A DNA stretch of 64,000 nucleotides from NCBI GenBank assembly GCA_019828565.1, contig JAHDYR010000005.1, positions 967,342 to 1,031,341 of the forward strand, written 5' to 3'. Below the pieces are notes generated by a model. The model was not told the origin of the DNA and made no database searches. It worked only from the letters and a program-made list of their open reading frames with translations. The position numbers and the translations under genes are program-made. Shown here piece by piece: positions 50,898-62,033 of this stretch. How positions within the stretch are numbered: position 1 is the first letter of the stretch; each line of letters starts with the position of its first letter. This DNA comes from Carpediemonas membranifera BICM (lineage: Eukaryota; Protista; Fornicata).

Positions 50898-53065
50898 CTA
50901 CTGTGGGCTGACTCCGCCGGACGGGTGTCGCAGCGTGGTGACGTTGTCCGCGATGATGCCGTCGATACGAAGGACGTCCCACTGGTGCCGCATCATCTCG
51001 TCGTCATCATCCCGCGACCCGTAGCTGTACACCAGCAGCCCCAGCCGGTGAGCGAGGTCGACGATGTCCTCGTGCGCCAGGATGGTCTCGATGCCGAGGA
51101 CGACGCCCGTGAGGTATGCCCTGGCCGCGAACATGACGGCGTGGTAGGGGTTGGAGCAGAGCGTGTTCTCGTAGTCGATGTCGGGGGAGACCCGGTTGAT
51201 CTTGTGCTGCTGCTCGCCGACGAAGCCGGCGTTGAGGTAAAAGACGGGGAAGCGGGCCTGCTTGAGGCGGATGAGCGTGACAATCTCGGGATCGAACGAC
51301 GAGAAGAAGATGGGCCGGTTGGGCTGGCTCTTGATCTCGTCAAACACGATCTGTAAGATTGTCTCGACCGTCGTGGGCCTCGACGGGTAGCGGACGAGGC
51401 CGCCCATGGCGTGCTTGCTGGGGTACTTGACCTCGATGTTGAAGCCGAGGTTCACCGGCAGCTCGCGGAACATCTGCTTGAGGGACGTCCGGTGCTCGAA
51501 GATCACGCGGTAGTTGCCGGGGGTGGCGGGCTGGAAGTGCGGCTGTCTATTGCTGACCAACGCGGCTACGGTCTGAGATGGACCGTCCTGCGGCGCCGCG
51601 AAGGGGGGTGAAGTGAGCATTTGATTAAGACGATCCAGCCCGGTCGGCATGGCGGCGAGCTTGGGCCGGTAGTAAGTGTGGTCGCCCTCGTTGTCGGAGT
51701 TGAGCTCATCGTGGCGGAGATTGATCGAAGTGCGGCGCTTGGGCATGCCTGGCCGACGCATAGCCCGGGACGGGGCAGTGGCGAGGAACTCCTTGGCCGT
51801 CACCAGGCGGATGGGCATGATCAGGGGCGACCCGTCCGTCTTCGTGCCCGACTCGAACTCGAAGTCGTGGTGGATGACGACCTTGTCGTCCTTCGTCATC
51901 TGGGCGTCGAACTCGATGAACCGCACCCCCCGCTTGGCCGCCAGCTGGAACGACAGCGCCGTGTTCTCGCTAACTCGCACCCTGTGGCCGTCCCCGTGGA
52001 CCTTGTTCGACCCCAGTCCGCGGTGCCCGATGTACGGCTTGTTCAAAAGCTTCTCCTTCTGCACCTCCGCGCCCGCGATGGTGTTGCACTCGTGGTCAAA
52101 CGGCCAGACAACGAGGAACGAGACGTCCAGTCGGCCGCACGGCTCCAGCGCACGGTCGAGCAGTGTCCGGCTCAGCATCCGCTTGTCCGTGGGGACGATG
52201 AAGTCCGCGGACGAAAGCACAGCTCGGCCGAGCATTTTAAGGTCAGGCCATGGCGCGGTCTCGTCGACGGGATTGTCGGGGTCCACGGGCGTCCAGACGG
52301 ACGCGGTGAGCCGGATGGTCTCGGGAGACTTGTAGTGGAAGAGGGAGGGGAAGATGTTATACGGGGGCTCTCCACATGCAGCGTGGGTCGTGTACGGCTT
52401 GGGCGAGACCTGCTTGGCTTCAATAAGGGGCGACCCGCGCTCCCCGGTGGCGTGTACGAACTTAAACCAGACAGGAACGCCCGCCCCCGAGGACAGCTCG
52501 AGGTAGTAGATCCTGGCGGGCTCGGACAGGGCGTGCACGGGTACGGACCGAATGCCGTCCGGCCCAATGTGGCCGAGCCAGACGCGGAGCTGGGTCTGCT
52601 TGTGGAGGAAGCCAGGGTCCCTGATGGCGATGCCTGCGGACGTCGAGAGGAAGGCACCGTCGTCCACGGTCATGGTGATCTCGTCCCTTGTCGTCAGAGA
52701 GCGGCGGCGACCCTCGGAGACGACGAGCTCGTCGGGAGCGTCTGCACATGCGTCCTGGGAGATAAAATAGCGGTACTCGAAGGTCATGGACCGCGGCAGG
52801 GTCACCTGGACCTGGTATTGCTTCATCCCGTCCGTCAGGTTGGAAAGTGATGGTACATCGGTAAGAAGAAGCGCAGCAGACGTATCCCAGGCTCCCATGA
52901 TCTTGCTGTCGCCCACAAGCTGCATTAGAGGGTGCTTCGTCAACAAACCTTCACTGATTGCTGTTCTTCGATATGCGAAACGCGCAACGTGAATGTGACG
53001 GAGGTAAATAGGTCTCTATAGTAAGGAACGCTCTCTAATGGGCCTTCCATCATGTTATCTGGCAT
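50898..53065 (-). CDS. GPCPD1: Glycerophosphocholine phosphodiesterase (CBM20 + GDPD); intron 52920-52948
   Basis: CBM20 (LVGD...GAW, FEYRY); GDPD motifs IGHRGLG, ENT..SF, IEFDAQMTKD..VIHHD, FNIEVKYP, FSSFDP, DGIIAD; 29-nt intron GTTTGT...CTAATGCAG. Confidence 0.9.
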
Positions 53066-53431
53066 TGCTATGGCGATGTTCCCCTTACAGCTAAATGTTT
53101 CGTCACAGGTCCGCGTCCGTCAACAGCGAAGATCGTCCTGAAAACTCGGGAAATCGGCACAAACAGGGACTTCCGTGAGCAGGCCAACCCAGTCTGGCTC
53201 GCAGCTGGCCTGTGCCCCGGCCACGACGGCGGATTGACAACATCCCCACCGCATTCACGTCACACCCTCGGCTGGGTCGTTGGGGCTCATGGTGCCGGTG
53301 GTGGCAATTACAGAGGCTGCTGTGGCTCTCGGGCAGGTCTGCCCCGGGAAATCTACAGTGCTAACCCGGCAACAGCGTGCAGCTTTATGCTAAACCCGAT
53401 CTAGTGCTGTAAAATGACCTCGCTGCATGCC

Positions 53432-53947
53432 TCACGCCACGAGGTCGAACGGCTCTGTGGTCGGGGCAGGCTGGGGAGTGGCCCTGGTGTCAACACTGGC
53501 CGCCGATTGACCCTGAACCAAGGCCTTGTGCCTCGTCAGGAGCAGGCGCCGCTTAGAGAGGACGCGCTCAACCTCGGCGTCTATAGCACTACTCAGCTCG
53601 GTGGCGTACGCCGTCTGCTGCTCAACCTCTGCCCGAAGCTGCCCGATGGCGGTACGGAGCTGCACTTCACTGACATTTTTGGGGTCTATGGGGTCTATTG
53701 GCTCATCAATCTCAGATATTTGGTCAGCTAGATGCTCTTCTATGGTCTCTGGAGCGCTTGACGCCTTCACTGCGTTTGCTTGCTGGATATTTTGACCAAA
53801 TCCAGCCAGTAGAGCTCTAACCTTGTCCGCCTCGATCCCAGTGGCATCCACGTCCTGATCTACATCGATGCTGTCCGTGTTGGCTGACATTCTTTCATCC
53901 TCATCGCTCGCCATCAAGTGGCTTCGCGTGGTCGGTACATTCGCCAT
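53432..53947 (-). CDS. Hypothetical acidic/coiled-coil protein (start uncertain)
   Basis: 171-aa ATG ORF filling the gap between genes. Confidence 0.55.
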   Translation of the reverse strand: MANVPTTRSHLMASDEDERMSANTDSIDVDQDVDATGIEADKVRALLAGFGQNIQQANAVKASSAPETIEEHLADQISEIDEPIDPIDPKNVSEVQLRTAIGQLRAEVEQQTAYATELSSAIDAEVERVLSKRRLLLTRHKALVQGQSAASVDTRATPQPAPTTEPFDLVA

Positions 53948-54174
53948 TTATGTGTATACATGAGTGGCATAGGCGTCCGTCTGCCTGGCCAGTACCCCTG
54001 CCCATTGTCAATGGCAAGCAAAGACAAACATCGTCCATGCCGGCCCCAGCCCAGTGCTGGTTCGGGGACCCGGTGAGCATGGTTCGCATGAGACCAATGA
54101 GGTGTTCCCTGCTGTTACACCCGCCCTTGATCCTCGAGACGAGCCGCACTCTCGAGTCGGTCGAGTCGAGCGCC

Positions 54175-55926
54175 ATGATCGCCACCATCCGTCAGCTTCC
54201 TGAGGATGTTATCGCCAAGATTGCCGCCGGGGAGGTCATTCATCGTCCAGTTAATGCAATCAAGGAGCTGATGGAGAATTCGCTGGATGCCGGCGCTACA
54301 CGCATTGATGTTCGCCTAATGAATGGAGGAATGAAGCAACTAGAGATACAGGACAATGGAACGGGCATCAATTGTGAGGACCTGCCGATTCTTTGCCAGC
54401 GCTTCACCACATCGAAGCTATCCAAGTTCGAGGACCTCTTCGACATCCAGACCTTCGGGTTCCGCGGCGAGGCGCTCTCCTCGATCTCCACCGTGGCCAG
54501 GGTCGAGGTGGTGACCCGCACAGAGTCCATGGAGTACGCTGTCCGAGCCAAGTATCAGGATGGCGAGCTGCTTGGTCCCCCCGAGCGGTGCGCGGGTAAC
54601 AGAGGGACGACCATCATCGTAAGGGACCTGTTCTACAACCTGGACATCAGGCGACACGCGCTCGGGTCGACCACGGACGAATTCAACCGCATACTATCCG
54701 TGATGCAGAGGTATGCAGTTCACTACTGCTCGGCCGCTTTCTCCCTCCGCCGGCTGGAAAAGGGCGTGCCCGACCTCGTCGTCCCCTTGCAGGCTACACG
54801 GCAGCAGGCCATCGCCGCGTCCTGGGGCGCTAAAATGCTGACGAAGCTCACCCCCCTGTCACCAACAGTAACTCCGCAGGGGACGTTCGAGGGCGTCGCC
54901 TCGACCCTTGAGTACCATGGCGCCCGCCCCACCGTGATCACGTTCGTCAACGGGCGTCTAGTGGAGTTCCCGGCGCTGAAGTCGGCCATAGCCGGTGCCT
55001 ATCGACACCACCTCCCCTCCAGGAAGCATCCCTGGGTCTTCGTCGCCCTCACGGTGCCCGCGGGCGATGTGGACGTCAATGTACACCCAACTAAGGAGCG
55101 TGTCTCGCTGGTGTCAGAAGCTGAACTGTGCGATGCCGTAGCTACCGCGCTCGACCGTAGTCTGCAGGTTGTCCGCGGTGTCGCGGGTGTTGGGACGAGT
55201 CAGAGGGCCGTGGAGGTCCGGGGGGTCCGCACGGAGGTCCCGGTCAGCAAGGGGGCGCCCGACGTCAAGCCCAGCCAACGGAGCAAGGTCCGCGTCACCT
55301 CGGACAACATGACGCTCGACACATGGGTCCGTGGCCAGGGATTGGGCAGGAAAGCAGACCCCGTGCCCGCCGACAAGAGGGCTAGGACTGTCCAGGACCT
55401 CACCCTCGTCGGGTTCATCGACACTGGAGCGACTGCACTACTGCAGTCGGGAACCAGCCTGCTCATCGGCTCTGTGGCCGGCATGGTCGAGCAGGCGGTG
55501 ACCTCCACCATCCGGGGCGGGTGGGGCAAGCGCTTCCGTCTCTCCAGCCCCATCCCCATGGGCGACGTCCAGGAGGGAGTTCGGGCCTGCTGCGGTCGGC
55601 TTGGCGTGGGCATCGAGGGGGAGATGCTGGTGACTGTGCCCCAGATCAGCCGGCTGGTGGTCAATGAATGGGTCATATCTGTTCTGATACGGGAGATTCG
55701 GAGATACTCAGACAAACTTGGGCCGCACCCCGCAGACGACGCCGTGGTCGCCCAGATCATCGGCTACGCCTGGGCGTCTCGGCTCCTGGGCCCCGCCGAC
55801 CATGCCGACATGCGGGCCGAGTTCAACGGTGTGCTGCTCCCGTTCCTCCAGGCGGTCGTGGACCAGCCCGGGGCCCTGGTCGAACTGACAACTACGGAGC
55901 AGCTTTACAAGAGCTTCCTACGGTGA
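54175..55926 (+). CDS. MLH1: DNA mismatch repair protein MLH1 (MutL)
   Basis: IAAGEVI.RP.NAIKELMENSLDA, DNGTG, FTTSK, GFRGEAL, DVNVHPTK; C-terminus 'LYKSFLR' (cf. LYKVFERC). Confidence 0.93.
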   Translation: MIATIRQLPEDVIAKIAAGEVIHRPVNAIKELMENSLDAGATRIDVRLMNGGMKQLEIQDNGTGINCEDLPILCQRFTTSKLSKFEDLFDIQTFGFRGEALSSISTVARVEVVTRTESMEYAVRAKYQDGELLGPPERCAGNRGTTIIVRDLFYNLDIRRHALGSTTDEFNRILSVMQRYAVHYCSAAFSLRRLEKGVPDLVVPLQATRQQAIAASWGAKMLTKLTPLSPTVTPQGTFEGVASTLEYHGARPTVITFVNGRLVEFPALKSAIAGAYRHHLPSRKHPWVFVALTVPAGDVDVNVHPTKERVSLVSEAELCDAVATALDRSLQVVRGVAGVGTSQRAVEVRGVRTEVPVSKGAPDVKPSQRSKVRVTSDNMTLDTWVRGQGLGRKADPVPADKRARTVQDLTLVGFIDTGATALLQSGTSLLIGSVAGMVEQAVTSTIRGGWGKRFRLSSPIPMGDVQEGVRACCGRLGVGIEGEMLVTVPQISRLVVNEWVISVLIREIRRYSDKLGPHPADDAVVAQIIGYAWASRLLGPADHADMRAEFNGVLLPFLQAVVDQPGALVELTTTEQLYKSFLR

Positions 55927-55983
55927 GTGGCGTGCATGGCCACCACAGACACGCCCGAGTCCCTTTAAATGCCTATTTACCGG

Positions 55984-57687
55984 TTATTGGTCGCCCTCAA
56001 CGTCGACGGCGACGTCTGTGTCCGCGATCGCGTCATCCACCATATCCCTGTAGCGGAGGTACGTGCTGCGTGTGAACGTCACATACTGCACAGCACCGTT
56101 CGTGCGGGCCGTGAAGGTCGGCTCGAACGTGCTCTCCGCGCCCTCGATCGCCTCCAGGCCGAGCACGTTCCAGGGCTTCAGTGCGGCGACAAAACCGTCG
56201 CGGCCGAAGCGGACATTGACCTCACCCTGCAGGACGATCGTGAAGTGGCAGTTGGGCTTCCCGAGCGTGTATAGCTCGACGTCGGCGGCGATGCTCTCGG
56301 GGTCGTCGGTCATCTCCGACAAATCCAGTCGGGCCACTGTCGTGTGGTTCTCGCTCAGCCGCTGGCACCCGGCGACCGTAAGCTTCTTCGTGTCGACCAC
56401 CATGCCCGACCGCACGAACGACTCGAGCGGAGTGGCCGAGAACTGGTTGGGCCCGAAGAGGTCGGGGTACGTGTCGCGGAGGAAGGCCGCAGTCGCCTTC
56501 GCCTGGGCATGAGTCAGGTTGAAGTCGGAGCGGCGGTGGGCGAAGGCTAGCTGGCGCAGGTCCTCGTGGCGTGTCCGCTCGATGGCGTTGTAGTGGACCA
56601 TGCCCATGTCGTCGAGCTCGACCTTGTCCGTCTCGTCGGCGATCTCCGTGTTCAGCAGGGCTTCGATGACATCCTCCATCGTCACGATGCCACGCAGCAC
56701 GTACTGCGGATCTGCATCGCCGTCAGGGTCGACGACGACGTCCTTGACGACGGCGATGTGGGCCTGGCCGGACTTGAACGTGTTCATCAGCTCTGTGAGG
56801 CGCTCGTCGCTGTGCGTCTCGATCGGGGTACGGCCGATGATGCCCATGAGGTTGCGGAGGGGGATGGCGTGCTCTGGCGACAGGATGATGAGGTCCTTGA
56901 CGACAATGATGCCCACGATGTTCGTCCGGGCGCCGCTGTACACGGGGATGCGGCTGTGGCCCGTCTCCATCAGCTGGCACATGGTGCGGGTGTCGAGGAC
57001 GGAGTCGATGCTCATCATAAAGACGTCCTTGAGCTGGGTCATCACCATAGACACCGTCTTCGCCTGGAAGTCGATCGCCGAGGACAGCATCTTGACCTCG
57101 GGCGCGGTGAAGTCCGACGTCTTGCTGGGGAGGGTGGAGTGGTAGTCGAGGAGCTGCTTCAGCTCGGACCGGGAGTACACGGTCCCGATCTCCTCGCCCA
57201 GGAGGAAGTTCAGACAGAGGGCCAGGGGTAGCGTGATGGGCAAGAGACATATGAGGCAGATCCACACAGCGGGGGTGGCTACGGCGCCCACGTAGAGGCC
57301 GTATCGGTTGCATATAGCCTGAGGAATGATCTCACCAAAGAGCGTGATCAGGGCGGTGGCAATGAGGGTGCCGATGCCGTCACCGAAGAGTCTCGCGCTG
57401 ATGACAGCAAGGACGGCGTTGACGAGGACGTTGGAGAGGAGGAGGGTGCAGAGCAGGAGGTTGCCCCGCTTCCGGAGCGGGAGGACAACCTTGGCGGCCT
57501 TCTTCTGCTTACTACCGCCGGCGTCAATCAAGACCTTCAAAGAGACAGTATCAAGGCCAAGGAGGCCGAGATTGAGGCCACTAAACAACCCGGAACAAAA
57601 CAGCAGGAAAACGAAGAGAAACGTTTGGAGGGCGTAATACCCGACTATACTCCCCCAGTCCTTGGCTGTGTTGATTATATCGTCCAT
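55984..57687 (-). CDS. CNNM/DUF21 + CBS-pair metal (Mg2+) transporter
   Basis: SGLFSGLNLGLLGLD, LLCTLLLSNV, FGEIIPQA, GHSRIPVY, GIVTMEDVIE; cNMP-like C-terminus. Confidence 0.92.
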   Translation of the reverse strand: MDDIINTAKDWGSIVGYYALQTFLFVFLLFCSGLFSGLNLGLLGLDTVSLKVLIDAGGSKQKKAAKVVLPLRKRGNLLLCTLLLSNVLVNAVLAVISARLFGDGIGTLIATALITLFGEIIPQAICNRYGLYVGAVATPAVWICLICLLPITLPLALCLNFLLGEEIGTVYSRSELKQLLDYHSTLPSKTSDFTAPEVKMLSSAIDFQAKTVSMVMTQLKDVFMMSIDSVLDTRTMCQLMETGHSRIPVYSGARTNIVGIIVVKDLIILSPEHAIPLRNLMGIIGRTPIETHSDERLTELMNTFKSGQAHIAVVKDVVVDPDGDADPQYVLRGIVTMEDVIEALLNTEIADETDKVELDDMGMVHYNAIERTRHEDLRQLAFAHRRSDFNLTHAQAKATAAFLRDTYPDLFGPNQFSATPLESFVRSGMVVDTKKLTVAGCQRLSENHTTVARLDLSEMTDDPESIAADVELYTLGKPNCHFTIVLQGEVNVRFGRDGFVAALKPWNVLGLEAIEGAESTFEPTFTARTNGAVQYVTFTRSTYLRYRDMVDDAIADTDVAVDVEGDQ

Positions 57688-57991
57688 GCAGTGGTGTTGT
57701 GTTCGATGACGAAGGGTATCCTGCGATAATCGGACCAGCTTTGACCGCATCGACTTTGGCGAAGCTGATTCATCGAGACGAGACCAAGGGTCAGGGTGAT
57801 GGTTGTAAACTGGCGGTGTGATATCACATACTACACATAACCCCTTGCCATTAAATACGTAAAGACGCACGCCTATCACGACCAACGCTGAATGAAATAT
57901 GCATGCATGCGACCTCTCATGCCTGCCAACCTGCCATGACCATTCTGTCGCCCTTCCTCAACCCTTTAATAATCTCACTCATGCGTGCTCC

Positions 57992-59221
57992 CTACTCGGC
58001 GGCCTCGGTGTGCTTCGACTCGTAGTGCTCCAGCGCCTTGCGGCCGAGCTCAAGGCCCGCCTGATAGCACTTCTCGACGTCCTCGGGGGTGGGCCGGAAC
58101 TTGCTCTTGATCGTCTCGGTCACGACGTTGGCTTTCATGGCCTCGAGCATTTTGTTGAGTTCATCTACACCCTTACCGTTCCATCCGTGGGACCCGAAGG
58201 ACATGACGGGCTTGTCGGCGGGGTCCAGGAGGCCCTTGAGGTAGGTCATGGCCGCGCCGACGGTGGGCATCATGTTCTCGTTGAGAGTGGCACTGCCAAT
58301 CGCCCAGCCCGCGGCATCCAGGATCTCGTCGGCGACCTTGGTGAGGTCGTTCTCTCTCAGGCGGAGGAGCTTGACCTCGCAGCCGGCGTCGGCGGCGCCT
58401 CTGTAGATCTCGCGGGCCATGCGCTCGGTCGAGTCATACATCGTGTCGTAGAGGATGACGACCTTCTTCTCGGGCCGGAGGTGGGTCCAATCGTCGTACT
58501 TGGCGAGGACGTCGGGGATGCGGTCGGTCAGGATGAGGCCGTGGGCAGGGGCGACGACCTTGATGGGGAGGCCGGCCACCTTCTTGACGGCGCGCTGGAT
58601 GGTCTTGCCGAAGAGCATGAGGATGTTGGCGTAGTACTCCTTCATCTGGCGGAGGAGCAGAGGCCACTCGTAGTCGGTGTCGAACCTCTTGGACGACGCA
58701 AAGTGCTGGCCAAAGGAGTCCATGGAGAAGAGGATCTCGTCCTCAACGAGGTAGGAGTACATGCTCTCGGGCCAGTGGACCATGGGGCTCGTGATGAACT
58801 TCAGCGTCCGGTCTCCGAGGGAGAGCTCGTCCTGGTCACGGACCACCTGCCACTGCCACTCGGCGGTGTCGTTCATCATGCCGAGCATCTTCTTGCACAG
58901 GTTGTTGGTGACGACCTTGGCGTTGGGACACAGCTTGACGAGGTCCTTGATGGAGCCACTGTGGTCGGGCTCGGCGTGGTTGCAGACGATGTAGTCCACC
59001 TTAGCAGGGTCCACAACCTGCTTCACCTTATCCATAAGCTCGGAGGAGAAAGGGGCCTTCACGGAATCGATCACAGCGACCTTCTCAGAGCCCTCAACGA
59101 TATAAGCGTTGTAGGACGAGCCAAGAGAGGTCTTGTAGCCGTGGAAATTACGGACATTCCAATCAACGGCGCCAACCCACGTGACGGGGGCATTAGGAAT
59201 CTTCTGAAGAAGTTCGGGCAT
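57992..59221 (-). CDS. fprA: Class A flavodiiron protein (O2/NO reductase, FprA-type)
   Basis: SYNAY, NHAEPDHSG, HWPE, SMDSFG, APAHG di-iron ligands plus flavodoxin domain (YDTMYDST, FGSHGW). Confidence 0.95.
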   Translation of the reverse strand: MPELLQKIPNAPVTWVGAVDWNVRNFHGYKTSLGSSYNAYIVEGSEKVAVIDSVKAPFSSELMDKVKQVVDPAKVDYIVCNHAEPDHSGSIKDLVKLCPNAKVVTNNLCKKMLGMMNDTAEWQWQVVRDQDELSLGDRTLKFITSPMVHWPESMYSYLVEDEILFSMDSFGQHFASSKRFDTDYEWPLLLRQMKEYYANILMLFGKTIQRAVKKVAGLPIKVVAPAHGLILTDRIPDVLAKYDDWTHLRPEKKVVILYDTMYDSTERMAREIYRGAADAGCEVKLLRLRENDLTKVADEILDAAGWAIGSATLNENMMPTVGAAMTYLKGLLDPADKPVMSFGSHGWNGKGVDELNKMLEAMKANVVTETIKSKFRPTPEDVEKCYQAGLELGRKALEHYESKHTEAAE

Positions 59222-59780
59222 CAGTTCTGTCTAACCTGATCTCTTGCTGAAAAAAAAATGAGGGCAGTGCCAGCAGACCTCGAAGGGCTCCGGGGCATCC
59301 TGCGGCTGTGTACGTGCGGTGGCAGGGTTGTTTGGCGTCTTGAAGATGCATGGCATAATCAAGGGTCCATAACAGGTCTGTGGAGGTCGCCGCGATACGG
59401 TGAATCGAGCGTCCAGGGCAGTGGAATGGTCAATGGTGCCCTGTGTTGGCAAATTGGCAGGGCAATGTGGCGTTCAAACGCATTTCAGCACTTCGATATG
59501 TCGCGAATCAAGGGCATCTGTTGAGGACCCCAGATCACGCGCAATCACCGTTCATCATCGCCCCACGCATGATAATGCCATGAATGCAGCTCTCGTGATC
59601 ATGCAACAGCAATCAGTAAGTAAACATCAAGAAGCACCGCAATGTTCAGCATTTCGTCCAAAAGTTGAGACCATGGCAGCAGTCATAGTAGTAGTCGGGC
59701 GGGCCTGGATGAAGGCAGCTGCCCATCCACAGCAAGGCGCCGCCGCCACGCCCAAATCCAATTTATCAGAGCAACCCCGC

Positions 59781-60314
59781 TCACGCGTCCGTCTCGCTCG
59801 GCGGGTACGACGTCGGGAGGCTGGTGGGCCTGCTCGTGATGTCCTCGCCGAGGTCGCACTTGTTCCGCCAGAACATTTGGTACATCCGCCGATCGTCCCT
59901 GGCCTCGGGCCGCATGCCAAACAAGATCTCCTTGGCGATCCTGGAGTGGGCCTGTTCGAGCGGTGTCTGGATGGCATTGGGGTCGGGGGCCTCAACGCGA
60001 GGAGCTCTGTTGCGGACGATTTGGAACCACTTGCTGACTCGGCACTCGTCCATCTCTAGGTACTTTGCCACGTTGTGGAGCTGGCCGCGATCCGGATAAG
60101 GGTTCTCCCTGTAGACACAGCAAAGCATAGCCGAATCAAATGCGGAGAAGGAGTGCATGCGCGTCATATAATTGGGGAACGACCGATCGAACAGAGAGTG
60201 GATTAAATCGTCGGACTTCGGCCATGGATTGGTCCGTATTGGTGTGCTTCCTGATGTCTCGCTATGTTGTTCGCTCTCTGCGATCTTTCTTTCATTTTCG
60301 CTTGAATCAGCCAT
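59781..60314 (-). CDS. Homeodomain protein (start may be 60419)
   Basis: 'RMHSFS....L...Y.ENPYP......VAKYLEM....V.KWFQIVRNR'. Confidence 0.7.
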   Translation of the reverse strand: MADSSENERKIAESEQHSETSGSTPIRTNPWPKSDDLIHSLFDRSFPNYMTRMHSFSAFDSAMLCCVYRENPYPDRGQLHNVAKYLEMDECRVSKWFQIVRNRAPRVEAPDPNAIQTPLEQAHSRIAKEILFGMRPEARDDRRMYQMFWRNKCDLGEDITSRPTSLPTSYPPSETDA

Positions 60315-60729
60315 TTTGCCTCTCGATTTCCCCGCAACTATTATGACTGAATCGAACTCCGGGCCATCAAAGTCGTTCGTGGTGACATGGGGGCAATCAA
60401 CCTTTCTGGTGCGGCTCATTAAGCCATGCGGGTTGACACTCAACTGTATCGGACAGAAAACTTGGGCAAAAGAGCAGCAGGGTCCCGGGTCGGTCCTTCA
60501 TCCGCACTCGCCCTGCCTGAAAAATCGACTCAAGGGTGAGTTATGGCAAAACTCACGTTCGTCAATGGTACGAGCTTCCTCGGTAGCCCGCAACAGAAAG
60601 GGCAGGACAGTCGGCACAAATGGCTCTAGTGCACCTCCATCACGAAATCAGCGCTCAAACCTGCCAGAGCTCCTCATACAAAGCAAATCGGGGCATACAA
60701 ACCGCTCTGAGGGGATTAGAGGCCGTCGA

Positions 60730-61203
60730 ATGTCCAAAACGCGCGACGCCGCCTCCAATGGAATCACGAATGGAATATCAAGTTGCAGAGACCGCACATC
60801 TCAGCAGAGGCAACGCCCCGACGCCCTCGTGCCCCCACGAAATCCCGAGACCGGTGACCCATTCTACGGAGTGTTTGCTCAGTTCCCCTTCCAGCAGGCA
60901 GACGTGTTCTCTTACCCGAAACCTGAGCACAAGATGCACACGGCGCTACAGCTCATCAGCCAGCTGCCCTCCCGGTCGCGCCCCAAGAGCACCGTGCATG
61001 AGCTCAAGGTCGGCACACCGGGCTGCCCCGTGGAGCTTGTATCCCACCCGGTGTGGACGGTGACGAACTCCGATATGGGACGGGAGTGTCGGATGCGGAG
61101 CATAGAGGTGCTGACACGGCTCGACACAGCTGACAGGATGGGCGGGCAGTGCTCTGATACGGATACTACCACTAGCGACGCCGACACAACCGACTCTGGC
61201 TAG
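60730..61203 (+). CDS. Hypothetical protein (start may be 60565)
   Basis: Open frame with host-like codon usage in its 3' part. Confidence 0.45.
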   Translation: MSKTRDAASNGITNGISSCRDRTSQQRQRPDALVPPRNPETGDPFYGVFAQFPFQQADVFSYPKPEHKMHTALQLISQLPSRSRPKSTVHELKVGTPGCPVELVSHPVWTVTNSDMGRECRMRSIEVLTRLDTADRMGGQCSDTDTTTSDADTTDSG

Positions 61204-61355
61204 AGGGCCAGCTTATCTTATTGTTAAATGGCAGCCTGTACTAAGGCGGGCGGGTCCGATGATCATGCCTGATGGTCCCTCCCACATGCGCCTGATGCTA
61301 CTACTGTGATGCTCGCCTCTAGGGCAGGATAAGGTTGGTTATCCGCTGTGAGCGA

Positions 61356-61967
61356 ATGTCCTTGGCTGATCAGCTGTATGTGGCGATAGAGCGGCGATCT
61401 CGAGACAGGAAATACGACTACATCTACCATGGACGGGACGTACGGGTAACAACGCTTCCCTTCGAGCGGATGCCGTTGCCAACCAACCGCACCCGCTTCC
61501 CCGTGGGATTCTCGCAGAAGATCGGACAAGAAGACGACGCTAACAAGATTCTTATCCCCCGCAAGGTCCCAGAAACCGAGTTCGTCGGTGTGGAGGACCG
61601 TCGCGCCCGCCACCAGCTCCGCTCCTTTTCCAACGTCAACGGCGTCCTCGGCGTCAATACAGGCCGGGACAAGATCGTCTGCCGCTTCTACATGATGGGC
61701 AAGTGCCGTATGGGCGAGCGCTGCCCCTTCTACCACCCGCCCAAGGTCGAAAAGAAGAAGGAGATCTGCAAGTTCTTCCTCGGCGGCCGGTGCCAGAAGG
61801 GCGACGCGTGCCCCTTCTCCCACGACCTCAAGAGCGTCCCCTGTCGCCACTTCTTCATTGGTGGGACATGCCAGTACGGTGACGCAGCCTGCCGCTTCTC
61901 CCACGGCCCCTTGACTGACGACATGCGCGCCCAGCTCGAGGTCATGAAGGCCTCGCATAAGGGGTGA
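61356..61967 (+). CDS. Triple CCCH zinc-finger protein
   Basis: Three CCCH fingers: CRFYMMGKCRMGERCPFYH, CKFFLGGRCQKGDACPFSH, CRHFFIGGTCQYGDAACRFSH. Confidence 0.88.
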   Translation: MSLADQLYVAIERRSRDRKYDYIYHGRDVRVTTLPFERMPLPTNRTRFPVGFSQKIGQEDDANKILIPRKVPETEFVGVEDRRARHQLRSFSNVNGVLGVNTGRDKIVCRFYMMGKCRMGERCPFYHPPKVEKKKEICKFFLGGRCQKGDACPFSHDLKSVPCRHFFIGGTCQYGDAACRFSHGPLTDDMRAQLEVMKASHKG

Positions 61968-62033
61968 CGTGTTCTGGCGATATACTGTTTACTGCGAGAT
62001 AAATAAGCGCATGTATCAACCGCAATTTTATAA

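Noticed and set aside
53100-53430. RNase P/MRP or telomerase RNA (GGGGCTCA, GGAAGTCCC, CTAACCC motifs)
   Set aside because: The CR-I- and CR-V-like motifs are on opposite strands and the matches are too short.
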